DNA of 64,000 bases from an uncultured Candidatus Saccharibacteria bacterium (GTDB lineage: Bacteria; Patescibacteriota; Minisyncoccia; Phycocordibacterales; SBAW01): positions 15,598 through 79,597 of the forward strand of contig CAYHDT010000002.1 in NCBI GenBank assembly GCA_964355655.1, written 5' to 3'. Position numbers and translations under genes: made by a program. The stretch's first letter is position 1. Every line of letters begins with the position of its first letter. The notes below the pieces were generated by a model that searched no databases, was not told the DNA's origin, and saw only the letters and a list, made by a program, of their open reading frames with translations. This document shows, in pieces, positions 55,358-64,000 of this stretch.

Positions 55358-56767
55358 ATGAAATTTCAGCCTAAAGCACCTAAAGGGGCCATTACTATCG
55401 AGGTTATCAGCGGCTCCACCGCGCGCTTCGATGGCAAGGTACTGTCTATCCCTTGCAAAGATAAAAATCAAACAAATAGGCGCAAGTTTGTCATAGTTAT
55501 GCGCAAAATCGTGACTACCGCCAAACAGCACAAGCTCAGCTCTGTTGCGATAAACTACGCTGAAATCAGGTCGCTGGCGCCTAAGGATATGCCTGACTAC
55601 GAAGTAGGGCGTGTCGCCGGCACCGCTTTTGCCATGGCGGACTACGAGCACAACACCTACAAAACCAAACCGAAGGAAGGTTGGAGCAATGTGGAAGTCA
55701 TTGCGATTCTTAAAACTCCCGAAGCAGGACAAGAGGGTTTTGCTGATGGCCTGATTATCGCAGGCGAAATTAACGCTACCCGCGAGCTTTCCAACACGCC
55801 GGGCGGGGACATGACGCCGAAACTTTTAGCCGCCGCGGCAAAAAAAGCAGTCAAAGGGACAAATAGTAAAGTAAAAGTTTTAGGGCTTAAAGAAATGACT
55901 AAGCTCGGTATGGGCGCCGTAGTCGGCGTAGGCAAAGGTGCGCAAGATGAGCCGCAATTTATCGTTATGGAATATTGGGGCGCCGGAAAACCCCGCGGAG
56001 GACAGTTCTCCGCAACTGGGGATAAGTCAAAAAAACCGGTGGTGCTGGTAGGCAAAGGAGTCACTTTTGATACCGGCGGACTCAACATCAAGACCAACCA
56101 TATGTATGAGATGCATATGGATATGTCGGGTGGCGCCGCGGTTATACACTCGGTTGCGCTGGCGGCAAAACTCAAACTAAAGGTAAACGTGGTAGGGCTT
56201 ATACCCGCGGTAGAAAACGCGGCCGGCCCGCAGTCTATGCGTCCGGGCGATATATTAAAATCGCTCTCGGGCAAGACAATCGAAATATTGGACACCGACG
56301 CTGAAGGCCGTGTCATTTTGGCTGACGCCATTACCTACGCCAAGCGCTACAATCCGGCAGTCGTCGCCGATGCGGCAACTCTTACCGGCGCGGCACTGAC
56401 CTGCTTTGGCGAGCACGCTAACGCGTTTATGACCAACCGGGACGAAATGATTATGGATTTCTTTAATCTCGCCGAAGAAAGCGGCGATTATATGTGGCCG
56501 ATGCCGCTGTGGAAAGAGTACGACTATATGGTAAAAGGGCGTTTTGGCGACGTCCCCAATATCCCCGCCACGGGCAACACCCGGTACGCGGGCGTTATTG
56601 GCGGAGGCAAATTTCTTGAAGTTTTTGCCAAAGAGCTGAATTGCCCGTGGATACACATTGACATGGCGCCAAAAATGACCGCCGCTCTGGACGAGTACTT
56701 GGCTAAAGGCGCCGCGGGCTCGCCGGTGCGCTTCTTTCTCGCGTTGATGGAAAAATATGCTGATTGA
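55358..56767 (+). CDS. pepA: Leucyl aminopeptidase (M17)
   Basis: GKGVTFDTGG, DMSGGA, DTDAEGRVILAD, ATLTGA. Confidence 0.95.
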   Translation: MKFQPKAPKGAITIEVISGSTARFDGKVLSIPCKDKNQTNRRKFVIVMRKIVTTAKQHKLSSVAINYAEIRSLAPKDMPDYEVGRVAGTAFAMADYEHNTYKTKPKEGWSNVEVIAILKTPEAGQEGFADGLIIAGEINATRELSNTPGGDMTPKLLAAAAKKAVKGTNSKVKVLGLKEMTKLGMGAVVGVGKGAQDEPQFIVMEYWGAGKPRGGQFSATGDKSKKPVVLVGKGVTFDTGGLNIKTNHMYEMHMDMSGGAAVIHSVALAAKLKLKVNVVGLIPAVENAAGPQSMRPGDILKSLSGKTIEILDTDAEGRVILADAITYAKRYNPAVVADAATLTGAALTCFGEHANAFMTNRDEMIMDFFNLAEESGDYMWPMPLWKEYDYMVKGRFGDVPNIPATGNTRYAGVIGGGKFLEVFAKELNCPWIHIDMAPKMTAALDEYLAKGAAGSPVRFFLALMEKYAD

Positions 56768-57488
56768 AGAAAAACTGAGCGTCAAAACACCCGTCTACGA
56801 AGGACCACTGGAGGTTCTTTTGGAACTTATCGAAAAAAGAAAACTGCTTATTAACGACATATCGCTCTCTTCGGTAACCGACGAATATATCGCTCGCGTC
56901 AACGCGCTTACCGAACTTCCGGTAGGGGAGACCGCGGAGTTTATCGCTCTGGCGGCCACGCTCCTTTTAATAAAGTCCCGCTCGCTTTTGCCGAATCTCG
57001 AAATTAGCGATGATGAGTCCCGCGATATCAAAGAGCTGGAGTACCGTCTGGCGCTCTACCAAATTATCAAAGAAGCTTCTGTAAATCTTGGAAGGAGCGC
57101 GGAAGTCTACTTGTACGAAGGCGCGCCGCGCGAGATGGAGGCGCTTTATATACCGGACCCTTCTGCCACGCCGGCGAGCCTGCGGGCGGCGGCGCAGACT
57201 CTTATAGACGGCTTTCCGTCGATGCCGGCGCTGCCGAAAGTCGAGGTCAAAAAAATAATGTCTCTTGAGGAGATGATAAACAGTATGGCCGCGCGTATTT
57301 CGAAAGCATTTAAAATGAGCTTTAAAGAATTTGCCGGCAAAAAAGAGCGCGGCGAGATAATCATAAGTTTTTTGGCGCTTCTTGAGTTGGTGAAACAGGG
57401 TATAATTAAAGCTGAACAGGAGGCGCGCCACGGAGACATTACTCTTGAAACGAGCGCCGTATCAACACCGTCTTATGGCTCACAATGA
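56757..57488 (+). CDS. scpA: Segregation/condensation protein A
   Basis: YEGPLEVLL, IKSRSLLP, FLALLELVK. Confidence 0.94.
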   Translation: MLIEEKLSVKTPVYEGPLEVLLELIEKRKLLINDISLSSVTDEYIARVNALTELPVGETAEFIALAATLLLIKSRSLLPNLEISDDESRDIKELEYRLALYQIIKEASVNLGRSAEVYLYEGAPREMEALYIPDPSATPASLRAAAQTLIDGFPSMPALPKVEVKKIMSLEEMINSMAARISKAFKMSFKEFAGKKERGEIIISFLALLELVKQGIIKAEQEARHGDITLETSAVSTPSYGSQ

Positions 57489-58089
57489 CCTTGCCCGAAA
57501 AATCGAAGCGCTGCTTTTTGCACTAGGCCGCCCCCTTGCCCGCAAAGAGCTCTCGCGGTTGCTTGACGCGGATAGAGGCGACATTTCGGCGGCGCTGACC
57601 GAACTTCAAAACACCCTGCAGGGAGGGGTGGTGCTGGTCGATGACGGCGATGAAGTTGAGTTGCGCGTGGGAGCCGAAAGCGCCGCGCTTATAGAAAAGG
57701 TGCGCAAAGATGAATATTCCCGCGATATCGGCAAAGCCGGCCTTGAGGCCCTGTCGGCAGTGTTGTATCGCGGCCCGCTGACCCGCAGCGAGATAGACTT
57801 CATACGCGGAGTTAACTCTTCGCAAACCCTGCGCACGCTTACACTGCGTGGGCTGATCCGCAAAGTAGAAAATGATGCAGGACGAACTCTGTCCGACTCG
57901 GCTCGACCGGCAGGCGGGGGCAGACGCGGCTCCTTTTTGTATGAACCCACGACCGAATTACTTGCAGAACTCGGCGTCTCCCGCATGCAGGATCTGCCCG
58001 ATTACGCGGACGTACGCCAAAAATTGCAAACGCTTGAAGAATCTTATCGGGTGTCCGGCCAAGAGCAAAAACAGTCCGAACAATCATGA
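57475..58089 (+). CDS. scpB: Segregation/condensation protein B
   Basis: IEALLF, LEALSAVLYRGPLTRSEIDFIRGVNS. Confidence 0.94.
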   Translation: MAHNDLARKIEALLFALGRPLARKELSRLLDADRGDISAALTELQNTLQGGVVLVDDGDEVELRVGAESAALIEKVRKDEYSRDIGKAGLEALSAVLYRGPLTRSEIDFIRGVNSSQTLRTLTLRGLIRKVENDAGRTLSDSARPAGGGRRGSFLYEPTTELLAELGVSRMQDLPDYADVRQKLQTLEESYRVSGQEQKQSEQS

Positions 58090-58991
58090 GCGATTTTTAT
58101 AAAAAAATAAATATGGGCATTGCGGCCGCGGCAATCACACTTTGCGCATTCGGCGCGGGAGTATACGGCGCGGTCAAAATCAATCCAAGCAGCTTAAGTG
58201 CCGCAGCCGCGGAGTCGCAAATGCGGTTGCCGGCAGTAGCGCTTGAAGACAGAGCGCTTGTGGCGAAGTCGGCCGTACTTTATGACCTCGGCACCAACCG
58301 CGTCTTGTATCAAAAAAATGCCTACGAGCAGCTGCCGCTGGCGTCGCTTACCAAGCTTATGGCGGTCGAGGTCGTGCTCTCCGTCAAATCACCCGATACT
58401 CCGGTCCAGATTACGCGCGACAATCTGCGGCCCGACGGCGACTCCGGTTTTAGGGTCGGGGAGACCGTGATGCTCGGCGATCTCATTAAATTCGCGTTGG
58501 TTGCCTCGAGCAACGATGCCATGGAAGCCGCGGCGGCGAGCCTCGGCGATGGCTCTATAGATAAAATGAACGCCGCGGCCGCCGCGATGGGCTTAACCCA
58601 AACACATTTTTTTAATGCCACCGGACTCGATGTCACGGATTCCGCCTCAGGCGCGTACGGTTCGGCCTACGATGTGGCCCGGCTTGCGGCTCTCTTTTAT
58701 CACGACCATCCGGATTACTTCGAGCTTACAACCCGGCCCGATATATCTATCGTCCAAAATGGCGAAGACCTTACAGCCGAGGCTACCGCGCTGCCATTAC
58801 AAACAATGCCCGGATTTGTGGCGGCTAAGACAGGATACACTGACCTTGCGGGCGGCAATCTGGTGGCGGTATTTGACCTGCAACCTGGACTGACGGTTAT
58901 AGCGGTTGCTATAGGCTCAACGCGCGAAGGGCGTTTTAGCGATGTTATAAAACTGATAGAAACCGCGCGCGCATCGCTGGCAAAACAATGA
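58086..58991 (+). CDS. D-alanyl-D-alanine carboxypeptidase (S11)
   Basis: SLTK (SxxK), SSN, KTG. Confidence 0.92.
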   Translation: MSDFYKKINMGIAAAAITLCAFGAGVYGAVKINPSSLSAAAAESQMRLPAVALEDRALVAKSAVLYDLGTNRVLYQKNAYEQLPLASLTKLMAVEVVLSVKSPDTPVQITRDNLRPDGDSGFRVGETVMLGDLIKFALVASSNDAMEAAAASLGDGSIDKMNAAAAAMGLTQTHFFNATGLDVTDSASGAYGSAYDVARLAALFYHDHPDYFELTTRPDISIVQNGEDLTAEATALPLQTMPGFVAAKTGYTDLAGGNLVAVFDLQPGLTVIAVAIGSTREGRFSDVIKLIETARASLAKQ

Positions 58992-60040
58992 CTATAGACG
59001 TACTGCGCATTTTTATACCGGCGACGCTCGCGTTCCTTATCGGGATTGGTATTACACCGTTTCTGACGCACTTTCTTTATAAAAACAGGATGTGGAAGCC
59101 CAAAGCGGGGAAGACCGCCCTGGATGGTACTGAGGCAAGCGAGTTTAACCGATTGCATCAAAGCCGCGAAACCGGGACCCCGCGCTTCGGCGGGATAATA
59201 GTGTGGGCAAGCGTTCTATTAACCGCCGACCTTCTTTCGGCCCTTGCGTTTTTTTATCCCAGTGCCTTCGGCGATCTCGCTTTCATCAGCCGCAACCAAA
59301 CTTGGCTGCCGCTCGCCGCGCTCGCGATAGGCGCATTGGTCGGCTTTATCGACGACCTATTCGAGGTGGTGGGACGCCCCGGCATCAAACTGCGCGTTCG
59401 GCTGTTGGTAGTCGCCGCCGTAGCTCTATTTTGCGGATGGTGGTTCTACGACAAGCTGGATGTTACCTCGATTTCTTTTCCGTTTGTGGACGGACCGCTC
59501 CAGCTGGGGATGCTCATTATCCCTTTCTTTACGCTGGTGGCGCTCTTTATATACGCGGGCGGCGTAATAGACGGTATCGATGGACTGGCGGGCGGCATAT
59601 TCTCCTCGATTTTCGCCGCCTACGCGGGCATCGCCTTTTTCCAAAATCAAATGGACATCGCGGCGCTCGCGGCGGCTATCTCGGGAGGCCTGCTGGCCTT
59701 CTTATGGTTTAACATCCCGCCGGCGCGGTTTTACCTCTCCGAGACGGGTACTATGGCGCTGACGCTTACCCTGACGGTTATAGCTTTTTTGACAGACACC
59801 CTAGGCAATGGACACGGCGTCTCTGTACTTCCTATCATCGCGCTGCCTCTGGTCGTCACGGTACTGTCGAACATCCTGCAAATGTTCGGAAAAAAAGTGC
59901 TCGGCCGAAAAATTTTGCGCATCGCGCCGCTCCACCACCACTTCGAGGCGCTGGGGTGGCCGCCGTACAAAGTGACCATGCGCTATTGGATAGTCGGCAT
60001 AGTCGCCGCGATACTGGGGATGACCATCGCTTTGCTTTGA
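58988..60040 (+). CDS. mraY: Phospho-N-acetylmuramoyl-pentapeptide transferase
   Basis: GTPRFGG, GFIDD, DGIDGL, APLHHHFE. Confidence 0.95.
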   Translation: MTIDVLRIFIPATLAFLIGIGITPFLTHFLYKNRMWKPKAGKTALDGTEASEFNRLHQSRETGTPRFGGIIVWASVLLTADLLSALAFFYPSAFGDLAFISRNQTWLPLAALAIGALVGFIDDLFEVVGRPGIKLRVRLLVVAAVALFCGWWFYDKLDVTSISFPFVDGPLQLGMLIIPFFTLVALFIYAGGVIDGIDGLAGGIFSSIFAAYAGIAFFQNQMDIAALAAAISGGLLAFLWFNIPPARFYLSETGTMALTLTLTVIAFLTDTLGNGHGVSVLPIIALPLVVTVLSNILQMFGKKVLGRKILRIAPLHHHFEALGWPPYKVTMRYWIVGIVAAILGMTIALL

Positions 60041-60041
60041 C

Positions 60042-61139
60042 ATGAAAAGTAAGTCCGCAGACACACCGTTCCTGCTCGTCTTTCTGGTTCTTATCGTATT
60101 TGGGCTCCTTATATTTACTTCCGCGGCACTGGGGCTGCTTGCCCGCGGCGGGGCAAGCTTTACCTCGGTGGCGGTATCGCAGCTGCTGCTCGGCTTTTTG
60201 TGCGGCGGAATCGCACTCGTCGTGCTTTCGCATATCGACTACCGGCTGTGGCGGCCTTATACGCCGTACTTCTTCGGGTTTGCGCTGCTACTAACACTGC
60301 TGACTTTCATACCCGGAATAGGGATAACACTCAAAGGCGCGGCGCGCTGGGTAAGTATGGGGCCCATCACTTTTCAACCCGCGGAATTGCTTAAATTCGC
60401 GGCAGTGGCTTTTATCGCCGGCATATACGCCTCGCGCATGCGCAGTGTAGGCACCCTGCGCGGCGGCGTGCTGCCGCTGGTGCTTATCGGCGGACTTTCA
60501 GCCGGAATTCTGCTCCTGCAGCCGGACACCGACGGTGCCGCGATTATTTTGCTCGCGTGCGCCGTAGTGCTCTTTACCGCCGGGGGGAAGGTATGGCATC
60601 TTCTTCTGCTCGGACTTATAGGGCTTTTGGCTCTTGGAGCGGTCGCGTATCAGCGTCCGTACCTCGCCGAGCGTTTTTTAACCTTTGTCAATCATTCCGC
60701 CGACCCGCAAGGCGCCGGCTGGCAGATACATCAGTCGCTCATTGCGGTCGGCTCCGGCCAGTGGTCGGGGAAAGGTTTCGGGCAAAGCATCGAAAAGTTT
60801 TCCTATCTACCGGAACCTATCGGCGACTCCATATTCGCCGTAGCAGCCGAAGAATTTGGTTTTGTGGGTTCTGTGGCGCTCGTCTTGCTATATGCCGGCG
60901 TGGCGCTCCTTGGGTTGCGCATCGCGGCGCGCGCGCCGGACCCTTTTGGCGGCCTGCTGGTAGTAGGGCTTATAACCGTAATCATCGGACAGTCGTTTAT
61001 GAACATAGCCTCGACCTTGGGGCTTATCCCTCTTTCGGGGCTGCCGCTTATATTTGTATCGCACGGCGGCACGTCGCTGGCGATAGCGCTCGCCGAAGTG
61101 GGCGTTATACTGAGCGTATCCAAGCGGATGCGAAATTAA
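60042..61139 (+). CDS. ftsW: Peptidoglycan glycosyltransferase FtsW
   Basis: GAARW, FQPAELLK, LQPD, YLPE, AEEFG, SHGGTS; between mraY and murG. Confidence 0.92.
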   Translation: MKSKSADTPFLLVFLVLIVFGLLIFTSAALGLLARGGASFTSVAVSQLLLGFLCGGIALVVLSHIDYRLWRPYTPYFFGFALLLTLLTFIPGIGITLKGAARWVSMGPITFQPAELLKFAAVAFIAGIYASRMRSVGTLRGGVLPLVLIGGLSAGILLLQPDTDGAAIILLACAVVLFTAGGKVWHLLLLGLIGLLALGAVAYQRPYLAERFLTFVNHSADPQGAGWQIHQSLIAVGSGQWSGKGFGQSIEKFSYLPEPIGDSIFAVAAEEFGFVGSVALVLLYAGVALLGLRIAARAPDPFGGLLVVGLITVIIGQSFMNIASTLGLIPLSGLPLIFVSHGGTSLAIALAEVGVILSVSKRMRN

Positions 61140-61143
61140 AGAT

Positions 61144-62271
61144 ATGAAAATACTTTTTACCGGCGGGGGGTCAGGCGGGCATTTTTATCCCATCATAGCG
61201 GTCGCCGAGGCTATCAACGACCTTACCCGCGAGCGCAAACTTTTGGAGCCTGAATTAATTTACGCCGCGCCGGACCCGTACGACCGCGAGATGCTTATCG
61301 CCAACGGGATACGCTTTGTGCCGACCTCGGCGGGCAAAATCCGGCGCTATTTTTCTGTGCTCAACTTTTTTGACTTCTTTAAGACCGGGTGGGGGATTCT
61401 GCGCAGTGTGCTGCGGATTTTCTTTCTTTATCCGGATATCGTCTTCGGCAAAGGCGGCTACGCGTCTTTCCCCACACTGCTCGCGGCCAAGCTTTTTAAA
61501 ATTCCGGTCATCATACACGAATCCGACGCAGAGCCCGGACGGGTCAACAAATGGGCGGGAAAATTCGCGGCCAAGATAGCGGTGTCATTCCCCGAGGCGG
61601 CGCATCATTTCCCGAAAGAAAAGGTTGCGTTTACCGGCAATCCTATACGCAAAGCGGTACTGGTGCCGGCCCGCGAAGGCGCGTTCGAATTTCTGAAGCT
61701 CAATAAAGAATTGCCGGTCATATATGTTACCGGCGGCTCGCAAGGCGCCCAGGCGCTTAACGAAGGACTACTTGCGGCGCTTCCGCAGCTCCTTAATAAA
61801 TATCAAATCATCCACCAGACGGGGGACGATAATCTTACAGACATTATCGGGCGCGCCAAGGTCATCTTGGGCGACTCCCCGAACGCCGAACGCTACAAGC
61901 CGGTTGGCTACCTTAACGACCTCGCCACGCGGATGGCCGCCGGCGCGGCAAGCCTTGTTATCTCGCGCGCGGGATCGACTATTTTTGAAATAGCCTCATG
62001 GGGAGTGCCGTCGATACTTATTCCGCTTCCGACCGCGGCCGAAGACCATCAAACCAAAAATGCCTACGCCTACGCGCGCGCCGGCGCCTGCGCCGTAATA
62101 GAGCAGAGCAATCTTACCCCGGGCCTGCTGGTCTCCGAGGTAAACCGGATATTGGACCACGAGCCCCTCAAACACGCGATGAGCAACGCGGCACGCGCGT
62201 TCTCGCGCGTGGACGGGGCGCGGCTCATCGCCGCCGCGCTGCTTGACATCGCTATCTCCCACGAGCAATAA
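61144..62271 (+). CDS. murG: MurG glycosyltransferase
   Basis: GGGSGGHFYP, GGYAS, HES, GNPIR, GGSQGA. Confidence 0.96.
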   Translation: MKILFTGGGSGGHFYPIIAVAEAINDLTRERKLLEPELIYAAPDPYDREMLIANGIRFVPTSAGKIRRYFSVLNFFDFFKTGWGILRSVLRIFFLYPDIVFGKGGYASFPTLLAAKLFKIPVIIHESDAEPGRVNKWAGKFAAKIAVSFPEAAHHFPKEKVAFTGNPIRKAVLVPAREGAFEFLKLNKELPVIYVTGGSQGAQALNEGLLAALPQLLNKYQIIHQTGDDNLTDIIGRAKVILGDSPNAERYKPVGYLNDLATRMAAGAASLVISRAGSTIFEIASWGVPSILIPLPTAAEDHQTKNAYAYARAGACAVIEQSNLTPGLLVSEVNRILDHEPLKHAMSNAARAFSRVDGARLIAAALLDIAISHEQ

Positions 62272-62299
62272 CAAGGGTTTTTTGGTACACTGCCCGAAT

Positions 62300-63604
62300 A
62301 TGGCCGACAAAGTAATTACGCGGTTTCCGCCCAGCCCTACGGGCCACTTGCACATCGGAGGGGTACGGACGGCGCTTTTTAACTACTTGTTTGCCGCGCA
62401 TAACGAAGGGCAGATGCTTTTGCGCTTTGAGGACACGGATAGGGAGCGCAGCAAACCGGAATTTGAAAAGGATATTGTAGACGGGCTCGCGTGGCTTGGC
62501 ATCCCGTATATGCTGGCCGAAAACCCGCGGCAGTCTGAGCGCCTGGAAATTTATCAACCGTACGTCGCCAGACTTATAACCGAGGGTCACGCGTACGAAG
62601 CGGAGGAATCCGAAAACACTCCCGGAAAAAAGGTCGTCCGGTTTAAAAATCCAAATAAAGCCGTCACCTTCCACGACGCGGTGCGGGGAGCGGTTACGTT
62701 TGATACGACCGAGCTTGGCGACTTTGTCATTGCGCGCACTATCGACGAACCACTTTACCATTTGGCGGTAGTTATCGACGACCATGATATGCGGGTAACG
62801 CACGTCATCCGCGGGGAGGACCATCTCTCAAATACCCAGCGGCAAATCCTGATAATCGAAGCATTGGGATTTATGCTCCCAGAGTACGCGCATATTCCTC
62901 TTATACTCGCGCTCGATAAAACAAAACTCTCCAAGCGCCACGGAGCGGTGTCGGTCAATGAATACCGGGCGCAAGGGTTTATCCCCGAAGCTTTTTTAAA
63001 TTATCTGGCGCTTTTAGGTTGGAATCCCGGCGGAGAAAAAGAAGTGTATTCACTTGAAGAGTTGGTGAGAGAGTTTACCCTCGACCGCGTGCACAAAGCC
63101 GGCGCGGTCTTTGATATCGAAAAGTTGAAATGGTTTAACCACGAGCATCTTAAAAAACTTTCCGACACCGAGTATGCCGCGCGATTGAAAGAATTTTCCG
63201 AGAAAGACGCTGATGCGCGGCTGGTGCCACTGCTTAAAGAACGCGCGCAGACGCTTAAGGAGGCCGCAACTATACTCGAGGGCGAGTTAGATTTTTTTGG
63301 GAGCATCTCGTACGAGCCCGCGCTGCTCCTGCAGGGCGGAAAGATTACGGCCGAGATTGCGTCAAATCATTTGAAGACGCTCTCCGAGATGCTGCAGCAT
63401 ATTCCCGATGAAGGATTTACCGCCGCACAACTTAAAAGCATCGTATGGCCGTACGCCACCGCGCAGGGCAGGGGAGACGTGCTTTGGCCGTTGCGCGTCG
63501 CGCTCTGCGGCAAAGAAAAGTCTCCTGACCCCTTCACGCTCTGTGAGCTTTTGGGCAAGGCCCGGACGCTCGAACGCATTGCTCAAGCGGTCAAAAACCT
63601 TTAA
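62300..63604 (+). CDS. gltX: Glutamate--tRNA ligase
   Basis: RFPPSPTGHLHIGG, RFEDTD, IRGEDH, KLSKR. Confidence 0.97.
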   Translation: MADKVITRFPPSPTGHLHIGGVRTALFNYLFAAHNEGQMLLRFEDTDRERSKPEFEKDIVDGLAWLGIPYMLAENPRQSERLEIYQPYVARLITEGHAYEAEESENTPGKKVVRFKNPNKAVTFHDAVRGAVTFDTTELGDFVIARTIDEPLYHLAVVIDDHDMRVTHVIRGEDHLSNTQRQILIIEALGFMLPEYAHIPLILALDKTKLSKRHGAVSVNEYRAQGFIPEAFLNYLALLGWNPGGEKEVYSLEELVREFTLDRVHKAGAVFDIEKLKWFNHEHLKKLSDTEYAARLKEFSEKDADARLVPLLKERAQTLKEAATILEGELDFFGSISYEPALLLQGGKITAEIASNHLKTLSEMLQHIPDEGFTAAQLKSIVWPYATAQGRGDVLWPLRVALCGKEKSPDPFTLCELLGKARTLERIAQAVKNL

Positions 63605-63614
63605 AATAAAGGGG

Positions 63615-64000
63615 ATGCACTTTCCCGTACGCGTGTTGGTATTGCTTTTGGCGGGTTTTTTGGCCGTGGGCGGAGGGCCGTTCGCCGCGGCGCAAACTCC
63701 CGATACGGCCGAGGAAACTTCGGCGCAAAAAGCCATACGGGAGGCCAACGAGGCGGCAGCGGCTGCGCGCGCCGCGGCTGAAGCTGCCGCGCAAGCGCAG
63801 ATAGACGCTACCAATGCCGAAATACAGCGGCTTAAAGATGAGATAGCCGCTCTGCAGCAAAACTTGAACTTAACCACCGCGCAAAAACAAACCTTGCAGA
63901 CGACTATCAAGGCGCTGGACCTCCAGATTCAAAAACTCCAAAAAAACGTCTCACTTACCACTACGCAGATAAGCCAAAAAGACAAAGAAATAGTTGTCAT
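63615..64000 (+). CDS. Secreted coiled-coil protein (EnvC/PcsB-like N-terminus), 3'-truncated
   Basis: Signal peptide MHFPVRVLVLLLAGFLAVGG, then heptad repeats open to the window end. Confidence 0.7.
   Translation, partial: MHFPVRVLVLLLAGFLAVGGGPFAAAQTPDTAEETSAQKAIREANEAAAAARAAAEAAAQAQIDATNAEIQRLKDEIAALQQNLNLTTAQKQTLQTTIKALDLQIQKLQKNVSLTTTQISQKDKEIVV

Noticed and set aside
55058-55732. 224-aa minus-strand ORF, including a GTG after aggagg near 55240
   Set aside because: Overlaps pepA antisense and runs through a terminator; the region is better explained as structured RNA
1-64000. tRNA, rRNA, tmRNA or RNase P genes
   Set aside because: No T-loop/cloverleaf or conserved core motifs found by eye; an Infernal/tRNAscan run would be needed to exclude them fully

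Overview
Bacterial chromosomal segment. Gene content and style (compact housekeeping blocks, short AlaRS, Nudix-containing LeuRS, non-discriminating AspRS, FtsA-like/baseplate-J-like pair, many leaderless-looking starts) suggest a Patescibacteria/CPR, probably Parcubacteria, genome; this is an inference. Core genes: ychF, leuS, mltG, mnmA, ung, alaS, infA-rpmJ-rpsM-rpsK-rpsD-rpoA-rplQ-rplM-rpsI, grpE-dnaK-(ABC)-dnaJ, trpS, aspS, pepA-scpA-scpB-dac-mraY-ftsW-murG, gltX. The most notable accessory unit is an uncharacterised operon at 26.6-32.4 kb: long coiled-coil protein, unknown protein, classical-clade AAA ATPase and DUF6638-like protein, followed by two membrane proteins and a divergent patatin. 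A second unit at 20.9-24.0 kb has a tandem-HTH gene coupled to a MORC-like GHKL ATPase, followed by a very basic winged-helix protein. Non-coding signals: three ~80-bp inverted-repeat elements that each sit on and duplicate a start codon; many small palindromes, several in frame inside conserved genes; a duplicated aspS 3' end flanking a 1.86-kb integrase-less insert; and two promoter/terminator-bounded structured RNA candidates. No tRNA, rRNA, CRISPR array, integrase or transposase was recognised. All family assignments are by-eye motif recognition, not database searches.
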